Origin: Octopus vulgaris
Lineage: Eukaryota
Assembly: GCA_951406725.2 (NCBI GenBank)
Contig: OX597817.1
Location: 14,136,001-14,200,000 of the forward strand
DNA: 64,000 bases
Direction of reading: 5' to 3'
The position numbers and the translations under genes were made by a program. This document shows, piece by piece, positions 54,769 through 64,000 of the stretch. The notes beneath the pieces are model-generated. The model searched no databases, was not told the DNA's origin, and was given only the letters and a program-made list of their open reading frames with translations. Numbering within the stretch: position 1 is the first letter of the stretch; each line of letters starts with the position of its first letter.

Positions 54769-55880
54769 GACAAGCTAAAAGATATGAATAATAACATCGT
54801 TCCTATTTTTCCAGCCTTGAGATTTTGCAGGTTGTGGAATAAGTTACTATAGCCAAAACAATTTCATAAAAGTCTGCTCATTAAATAGTTACACACCTGC
54901 TTTCTCCATTTCCTCCAAAAACAAGATAATATTGCTCAATAGCATATCTACCGAAGCAACCATATTGTTGCTGCTGTTGTTGTTGCCGCTGTTCTGGCTA
55001 CTGCTGCTGCTGCTCTTGATATGATCAAATCTGACCTAAGTCTCGAAGATCGAACGGCTAAAAGCAATCTATTCGACCAACAGCGTTCCAGCTTTCACCA
55101 CCTCACATTTTCAGGTATAGTGGATAGTGCATGAAAATTCAAGAAGTATCATATAATGTCCTTATGCGTTTTCTAAGACCGTTGGGTTTTATTTTAAACA
55201 AACTTCGCTGCAAATTTTAGTAGGTTGGACACTCTCACTTTGACTTAAAATCGATCATTTTGAAATCTTTCGAGAATTTCTGATATATCATATAATGTTA
55301 AACTTATGTCGATCTTTTAACTATATAATTCAGAATAGATATTTATATTGTACTACCAACGTCCTCTTTGGTCTCATACAACAATTATAATTAAATTATA
55401 ATTATAGACAAAATATATTACCCAAGATAAATACGACCTTTAGAACTGAGCTAAAGAACTAGCCTCAGAATTTTCGATATCCTGAAAAAAAAATTAAACA
55501 AAAAAGAAAGAGAGTGAGAAGTATAACGTGATTTAATTTTCGAAGCTGACGATGAATATGATTTCTGAAAAGACAATCGATAACAAAGACATTGAATATA
55601 TTTTTATTGTATTTGTGTAAGAGAAAAATAATTAGATGTAAATAAAGACGTGAATTTTTATAGCATGGTAGACAATTTTCTTTAACAGAATACAATGATT
55701 TTTATATAGTCTAAAAGCATAGAAAAAGGTAAACTAATTTAAAAGATCAGTTGATGTTAATTAAATGATAACAGAAAACAATTATGCTGAAAAAATTGAG
55801 ATCATATATATATTTATATATTTATATATATATGAATATATATATACATATATACACACATATATATAACATATATATAC

Positions 55881-55925
<45 letters not shown>

Positions 55926-56025
55926 TATACATACATACATATATATACACACATATATATATACATTATATAACATATATATACATTTATATATAAACAT
56001 ATATGTGTATGTGTGTGTGTAAAAG

Positions 56026-56083
<58 letters not shown>

Positions 56084-56093
56084 TATATATACA

Positions 56094-56141
<48 letters not shown>

Positions 56142-56519
56142 CACATATATATATATACATATATGTATATATATATATATATATGATCTAAATGATAATA
56201 GATTATACATAAATGAGAATATAATTACAAAATTTACCCCCAGATACTACCATGCATACGTACACGCGCTCGCGCGCACACACACGCATGCGTATATGGG
56301 AATGGATGAGTGAACGTGTGCGGACAGGTGTTTGAAGGTTTGTTTATGCATATATGTATATGTACGTTCTGTAACTGTGTATGAATATATATATTCATAC
56401 ACGCATACATACACACACACACACACACACGCACTCACACGTATTCATATATCAATATATATATACATATGTATGTATATATGTACAAATATATATCAGT
56501 ATATATTAATATATATGTT

Positions 56520-56571
<52 letters not shown>

Positions 56572-56875
56572 TGCAATTTATTATTGAATTACATTTTTCG
56601 TTCTCCTAGTTCTCCTGATTTATTTTATCAATATTTTTGAATAAGAAATGTTCTGGAAACATTTCTTATTCAAAGCATCAACAAACAACAATAGCAAACT
56701 CGTGGTATGAATATGTCATAGCTCTTTTTATTTATCTATATATGTATATTTTATCTGGTGGTTTGTTGTCTTTTCGTAAAATAATTAGCTATGCAAAAGT
56801 TTTGAATGGCAAAATGCGACCATCTGAGATGTGTTTATATTTTCTATTCCTCTCTCAATTTCATCCATCTGCCAG

Positions 56876-56957
56876 AGTGGAATATCTTGCTTGTATATAT
56901 AATGCGGTAGGGAAACTTACGCTAACAGCCAAAATAATTTGTGGAGATCAGCCACAG
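56876..56957 (+). other. Candidate 82-nt exon
   Basis: A long pyrimidine tract ends in CAG|, one frame is open (VEYLACIYNAVGKLTLTAKIICGDQPQ), and the donor is CAG|GTAAGA. I recognise no homology. Confidence 0.3.
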
Positions 56958-57459
56958 GTAAGAAGAAAGCAATACAAGGACAGTCAAAATCGGTACAATT
57001 CGCAAAATTAATTTACAAATGTTCCCCCTTTCGGATAAAATGACAATAAAATTATATATTCATTGGTCGTATGTTTCCTTGTTTTTTCATAGGAATATCC
57101 ACGTCTGTTTCCATCAATCTGTCAGCTAAGCTTTTCCCCTTTTCCCTAATGACTGGTGGCCTATTTTGACCTTTTGTCACAAAAGCGAGCAAAGGGAGGG
57201 ATCTTTCTGAGCTAATGGACACATCAAATGGTTGGAAACAATTCAGGAAGCAAACAAATGCGACCAATTTTTATTGCGTTCTGCACTACTTAACTTCAAC
57301 AATGGAATTTAACGTAGGATTTGGATTTACAAAAACACGATATAATTCATAGAGAGAAAGAATAATTAATGGAATTGGAATAAGATACACTTCTTCGTAA
57401 AAAGTCATAACTATGAATGTAGAATGTCCAATTCTTTGAGTATAAGAACTAAACTGCTC

Positions 57460-58055
57460 CCTCAGTCTCTCCCTCTTTCTATCTCTCTTTCGTTCTCGCT
57501 CCTTTCCTTTTTCTCTCATTCTCACCCCTTTCTTCTCTCTCTCTCCCCTTTGTTTCTCTTTCTATCCCTTTTTTCTCTCTCCACCCCGTTTTCTCTATCT
57601 CCCCACTTTTCTCTATCTCTCCCCTTTTCTCTATCTCCACCCTTTTCTCTCTCTCTTTCCCCTTTTTTCTCTATCTCTCCCTTTCTCTCTCTCCCTCACT
57701 TTTTCTCTCTCTCTCTTCCTTCCCCCCTCTTTCTCGCTCCTGTCATTCTGCTCTTTTTCTCCTAAGTAAATCTCACTTTCATTTTCTCTCTTTCCTTCCC
57801 CTTTTCTCTATCTCCCCCCTTTTCTCTATCTCTCCCCTTTTCTCTATCTTCCCCCTTTTCTCTATCTCCTCCCTTTTCTCTATTTCCCCCCTTTTCTCTA
57901 TCTCTCCCCTTTTCTCTATCTCCCCCTCTCCTTTCCCTTTTTTCTCTATCTCTCCCTTTCTCTCTCTCCCTCACTTTTTCTCTCTTTCTTCCTCCCCTCT
58001 CTCTCACTCCTGTCATTCTGCTCTTTTTTCTCCTAAGTAAATCTCACTTTCATTA
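57460..58055. repeat. Polypyrimidine minisatellite (about 18-bp CCCCTTTTCTCTATCTCY) with a tandem duplication of about 270 bp
   Basis: The anchor CTCCTGTCATTCTGCTCTTTTT.TCCTAAGTAAATCTCACTTTCATT occurs at about 57736 and 58007. Confidence 0.85.
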
Positions 58056-58697
58056 TCGATTTATTCGATTTATTCATGACACAGGAAAACATGGCGGCTT
58101 TAAAATAATATTCTGAATTGGATACGAACAGATGTCATTCGAAAATCCTACTCTAATTTATATTCCACAGTAAATAGAAAATATAGCCATTGGCAGTCAT
58201 ATACTTCTTTGTGTGCTTAAAGGGTTCGTCGATCATCGCATCTCATATAGAAATTTATTCATGGAGCATTTAACGAGGTAACCAAATATTTTGAGGTAAA
58301 TCAAATCTAAGAGATTTCATTTCTATTTCATTTCAATACATGCACGCATGCAAACGCACGTACGCACGCACGCTTTTCGAGACATGCACTCATATAAACA
58401 TACGCACATACATACATATATAGAAGCTACAATGACATGCTTTATTATATAACACCATTTTGGAAATAAATTATTCAACACCTACCAGAAACTCCTCCCA
58501 TTCATAAACATACTTTAAACGAAATCACTTCCTATTATATCACGCACTAATGTCGTAATACACGTGACATTATTGTGTATCATATTATCCTAAATCCTTA
58601 CACTATCAGAGAGGTGCCTCTACCGGTCGCTTGGCCTGCGATAATAGCACTTTAAATTTTCTTTAACCCACACTGTAATGTCGACTAAGGGACATAT

Positions 58698-59022
58698 ATT
58701 GGTTTCACATTTTGGAACAAGGTCAGACGCCATACCCCACCTCGATTATTAAATTTGAAGTGGGGTAAGCTACAGTATTAGTAGTGCTTCCTGAAATCAT
58801 GGCAGAACGGACAAAAAAATAAAAAGAAACCAGTCCATTACAGATCTGTTTCACTAAGGAGCAAGTGAGACGAACTGGCTACAATCAGTCAAGTGGAGAA
58901 AGCTAAGTCAATTACATTGACCCCAGTGCACAACTGGTACTTATTTTATTAACCCCGAAAGGATGAAAGGCAAAGTCGACTTCGGCGAAATTTGAACTCA
59001 GAACGCAAAGACGGACGAAATA
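58698..59022 (-). mobile_element. Old SINE-B interrupted by a 175-bp copy of nearby sequence (58730-58904)
   Basis: The B3 tail lies left of 58730 and the B core resumes at 58905. The insert matches 61661-62070 without its SINE. Confidence 0.8.
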
Positions 59023-59719
59023 GAGATACACACACACACACTCACACACAAACACACACAAACACACACACACACACACACGCACACGCGCGCACACACG
59101 CACACACACACAAACACACACACACACACGCAAGCACGCACAAACACACACACACACGCACGCAACACACACACAAACACACACACAAACACACACACAC
59201 ACACTCACACACACACACACACAAACACACACACAAACACAAACGCACACACACAAACACACACACACACTCACACACACACAAACACACACACAAACAC
59301 ACACACACACACACACACACTCACACACTCACACACATACACATGACATTACCGTTTACTTCCCTGTTTCATTGATAAAGCATCTACGTTTGGCGCTGGT
59401 TGATCCAGTTTCTATCGTAAAGTACAAAGTAATTCTTCAAATTTACGACATTATTCCATTAACATTTTCATGAATAGAATTCTCTCTTTTCCTTTCATCC
59501 TTCTGAGGTAGATGAAATAGGTACCAGCCTCTAAATCGATTATACCGACTTAATCGATTATACCGATCCAGCATAAATCTATGGCTTCATGCTAATGTAA
59601 GAAATTAATATTTATATATTTCTCCACAAACCGAGTCCGCAGTCTTTTGATACTCAATTAAAACTGTTCCATAGAAATAGCTATCGGTTGCCATGGTTAT
59701 TTGGTAACCCCCCAGTTCA

Positions 59720-59930
59720 ACATGAATGAAGCTGATTTATGATAAAAGGCGTTCCAGCCTTGACCATGTCATTTTTTTTTTATTTATTCGGACTGTGTAT
59801 ATACGACCATATTATCTAGTATGTCCTACATTTTGTAATGCAATAAGTTAGGTCGGATTTGAAGAACATTTTACTCCTATTTGCAGCAAGTCAAGCCACT
59901 GCGTAGCTGCATCCACGTTAGCTCGTATAG
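59720..59930. repeat. Old dispersed repeat (label E); related copies near 35590-35740, 46740-46830, 55020-55240, 58620-58700 and 60440-60640
   Basis: The copies share degenerate motifs (CGTTCCAGC..TGACC; GATTTGA.G.A.ATTT..CT.CTATTT..AGCA.GT). They are highly diverged and the boundaries are approximate. Confidence 0.45.
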
Positions 59931-60142
59931 CTAACGGTTCACTTTGGAGTTAAGAAATGATATAAATACCTATTTTACCAGCCTCTGTAATTTTTGGCAC
60001 TTCTATTAGAAAACCTCCATTGTGTTGCTGTGATATTTTGAAAGGATTTGTAGAAAAGAAATTCACTAAGTCATTAAACGTATCTTACAATAACCGTTAG
60101 ACCAAGGGGTTCTTCTATTTTCTATCCTAACAGGATAGAAAA

Positions 60143-60374
60143 GGCGGCGAGCTAGCAGAAACGTTAGCACGCCGGGCGAAATGCGTAGCCGTATTTCGTC
60201 TGCTGTTACGTTCTGAGTTCAAATTCCGCCGAGGTCGATTTTGCCTTCCATCCTTTCGGGGTCGATTAAAATAAGTATCAGTTACGCACTGGGGTCGTTG
60301 TAATCGACTTAATCCCTTTGTCTGTCCTTGTTTGTCCCCTCTATGTTTAGCCCCTTCTGGGCAGTAAAGAAATA
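60143..60374 (+). mobile_element. SINE-B1, full length
   Basis: A 16-bp TSD TATTTTCTATCCTAAC lies at 60116 and 60375. Confidence 0.9.
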
Positions 60375-60919
60375 TATTTTCTATCCTAACTTATAGTAGT
60401 GAAGCACCATGTTAAACAATATTTTCCTTTGTAAGCCATGACGGAGTCTCATCTTATCACACTTGAAATAGAACCTGTATCCCTCGAATCACACCCTACC
60501 GTCTTTAAAAAATGTAAAAGATACATTGAATGATATTGTTTGAAGCACAATATATCTGGAGGAAAAGATGTATCATTATAACAGGAACGTCCTTGATCAT
60601 CGTTTTGATTGATCAGGTTTGACCTGTGGTTAAACAACATTTTATTTTTAAATTTCATCACATTTGAGAAGTCGTGCTTCTGTAAACCTTACCAAGATGA
60701 GGAAATGTTCCCTGTTCCCTCTCTGCTCGTCGTGGAGAGCTGAAAGAATGATGAACACTCTCTTTCTAATTTGGTTCCAACAACAATTCACACTCTCTCA
60801 AGTCTTATAATCTAAAAAAAATATAGAGTACAGCACCTAGGGGAAATCATACTATGTTACAATGCACAAGAATTTTCTATTGACACTGATTTCAAATTTT
60901 TTTCTGCTACTGATTGTTG

Positions 60920-60951
<32 letters not shown>

Positions 60952-61411
60952 GGTGGTGTTGTTGTTGTTGTTCAGGCAGTTTAAGCACGCCGGGCGTCTT
61001 GTCCGTCTTTATGTTCTGGGTTCAAACACTCAGCCGCGGTCAACTTTGCCTTTCGTTATTTCAGTGTCGATAAAATAAGTACAATTGAAAACTGGGACCA
61101 ATGTCATTGACTTAACCACTCCCCCGAAATTGCTGGCTTTGAGCCAAAATTTGAAATCATCGATATTATTATTATTATTATTATTGTGGTTGATGCGAAA
61201 TACGTCAATCGTATCTTCAAACACGCTGCCTAAATCTTGTTAAAAATCATTGTTTTCATCCGTTTCGTATCGTTTTCTGTATAAAATTTTTATTATAACT
61301 TGTTATTAAGAGCACCAGGAATCTTTTGAATAGTTCTGTGTGGTTATTTTGCCCTGTAATATTTTGCTTTCCAAGAGACGCTCTGCTGGCGTTAAAAAAA
61401 TCCTTATACAA

Positions 61412-62330
61412 GATGGCGTCAGTAAGTTCTAGTATGGGAGCATCGAGGCGGAGAATCGTTTTTCTCACCACTCCAACAACTGAAGACTTTCCTCCTCTTT
61501 CATCACTCACTCCAGTAAATGCCTATGAGCTGAACGGTGAGAACAGTTGCAGCAGCAACAGCATCAACAACAGCATCAACAACAGCAACAACTCGTCGGA
61601 CTACTAGAAGCTGTCAGTATCGCAGGGAAAAATCAGCAGCAGCCACAGCACCCCACTCCACCATACCCCACCTCGATTATTAAATTTGAAGTGGGGTAAG
61701 CTATATATTTCTTTACTACCCACAAGGGGCTAAACACAGAGAGGACAAACAAGGACAGACAAAGGGATTAAGTCGATTACATCGACCCCAGTGCGTAACT
61801 GGTACTTAATTTATCAACCCCGAAAGGATGAAAGGCAAATGCGACCTCGGCGGAATTTGAACTCGGAACGTAACGGTAGACGAAATACGGCAACGCATTT
61901 GGCCCGGCGTGCTAACACTTCTGCCAGCTCGTAAGCTATAGTATTAGTAGTGCTTCCTGAAATCATGGCAGAACGAGCAAAGAAAAAAAAAGAAACTAGT
62001 CCATTACAGATGTGTTTCACTAAGGAGCAAGTGAGACGAACTGGCTACAATCAGTCAAGTGGAAAAAGCTCTGGGGGATATTGTAAAAGATGTGGCTCAC
62101 GTACAAAGAGAAAGGCAGTTTGCTAGTATCGAGATTCTCTTCAAAGTAAAGACTCGCATCTTACTTTTCAAGAGGACCTCTATGTGACATCCCCTTGGAG
62201 TGAGGAGTGTATTATGTATTCGATGTACCTCATAAGAACTGTCAGGCTAAGGATATCGAGTATTGCACCTGGTGTGAACATCTGGTAGATCATGGCCTGC
62301 GTTGTCTTAAAGGACCCTTAGACACTCCTA
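61412..62330 (+). pseudogene. Possible decayed LINE ORF1-like N-terminal region, interrupted by a SINE-B1 (61705-61931, minus)
   Basis: AAGATGGCG and a low-complexity leader precede ATISQVEKALGDIVKDVAHVQRERQFASIEILF and MYLIRTVRLRISSIAPGV. From memory these resemble L1/Tx1 ORF1 proteins. The SINE TSD is GTAAGCTATA. Confidence 0.4.
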
Positions 62331-62929
62331 TAGATCAAATGATGCAGCAGAGAGTAAAAGTTCGGGATAAGCCGAGAGATTCTACTCCATGTGAAGCCCG
62401 GTAACATAGAAAAAATTTTGGACCTTATTCATTTGTCCAACAAGGTCAAACATCGTATGCATGTGTTTTCCATTTTACTTTCTAAAACTTTACAAGATGA
62501 TGCTGAAATAGTTAAGTAAATTTCTGAGCTTTTTGAATTGAATTTGTGAAGTGATACATTGTGAGCGCATCACTAGAGCTCCAGTTTTTATTTGCCAACG
62601 ATATTTTATCACTTTAATCTTTAGATGTGTGAAATGTATTATGTTCATCCTGAGCCAAGCTGAGTCAAGTTTATTTTCACATTAAGTAAAAGAGACAAAT
62701 ATCTCGTTCAAAGTAGGCGTCAATAATTGTCTGTGTTACCGATGCAATTATTTAAGTTTCGGCATGATTCTAACCGAAGAGCGGGATGCATGAAAAGAAT
62801 GAATATCAATGCCAGTAATCTTATCAACAGCACCAAACAGCTACCTTAATGAGGGCCTTGTATTATATAAAACTACCTGTTTATTATAGTATACTAGCCA
62901 TCTCAATATGGCTATACCATACCAAATAC

Positions 62930-63157
62930 CTCTTTTTCTCTTTTTCTCTTTTTACTTGTTTCAGTCATTTGACTGCAGCCATGCTGGAGCACCGCCTTTA
63001 ATCGAGCATCTCGACCCCGGGACTTATTCTTTGTAAGCCTAGTACTTATTCTATCGGTCTCTTTTGCAGAACCGCTAAGTGACGGGGACGTAAACACACC
63101 AGCATCGGTTGTCAAGCGATGTTGGATGGGACAAACACAGACACACAAACATACACG

Positions 63158-63205
<48 letters not shown>

Positions 63206-63371
63206 TACGACGGGGTTCTTTCAGTTTCCGTCTACCAAATCCACTCGCAAGGCTTTGGTCGGCCCGAGGCTATAGCAGAAGACACTTGCCCAAGGTGCCA
63301 CGCAGTGGGACTGAACCCAGAACCATGTGGTTGGTAGACAAGCTACTTACCACACAGCCACTCCTGCACCT
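62930..63371 (-). mobile_element. SINE-A, full length
   Basis: Near-identical to 858-1347. Confidence 0.9.
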
Positions 63372-64000
63372 ATTTATTCTTTCTCCTGCACCTGTTTGTT
63401 CTTTCTTTCTTAATCTATGAACCTTCTTGGAAGGAAGAATTCGCTGAACTTTTGGAAGTCATCATCCATGTTGAAATCTATAAACATGGTAACAGAAACC
63501 TAACCTTTCTGAACATCTCAGTAAAATGTCTTCAGTAACTGAATTCATATAATAAAATAAAAACAATATTCCAACGTCGAGCTAGTTAAATAAAGAAGAT
63601 TTAAACATTTTATCATATATTGCTCGTTGTTGCCTTGCACTTCAATTGACTTCAATAAGTTCAATAGCGTCCTATTTTTTTAATAAAATAAATATTCAAT
63701 ACGAATATCTACGTTGAAATTGAGTAATATTTTATTTAAAGTTCAAAGCTTTGATGTTTAAAAAAAATCTATGATGATTATGACTTCTGATAATAATAAT
63801 GAAGTTATATCCGATGTGAGGTGTAAGGCTTCTAAATAGATGCTAAATAACAAATGCAGATTGCAGTGATTCAACTGCATGGTGAGGAAAATTATCATTA
63901 AAATTTCATTTGTAAAGCATAGATTTAGCTTTGTTCTCGTATATTTTATTTTGAAGTATTTTACTTGATCAAGATAAGTATGGCTTCAGAAATAGAAGGT

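Noticed and set aside
58086-58098. AACATGGCGGC (YY1-like or start-codon-like motif)
   Set aside because: It is an isolated short motif, the frame closes within a few codons, and there is no other promoter evidence.

Overview
This is AT-rich, apparently gene-poor eukaryotic DNA, intronic or intergenic. The microsatellite load and the tRNA-derived SINE families suggest an octopus or other cephalopod (my recognition, not database-checked). I found no intact protein gene, RNA gene or CRISPR array, and most listed ORFs are translations of microsatellites. The window holds dozens of copies of four tRNA-headed SINE families (my labels A-D) and decayed LINE fragments (L1/Tx1, RTE, R4/Dong). It also holds an internally deleted mariner, two MITEs, Helitron-like ends and a possible hAT relic. 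The most interesting signal is a set of short non-coding inserts sitting inside (TA)n tracts. Several carry minimal type I hammerhead-ribozyme motifs, some with non-canonical cores. Three have a fold-back arm-spacer-arm-tail layout typical of Penelope-like element ends, and in one of them the two hammerhead copies differ by a compensatory base-pair change. A second signal is that the youngest SINE-B subfamily repeatedly lands at GGTATTT, a motif inside its own family. Coordinates were read by eye, and ends of decayed elements are approximate.
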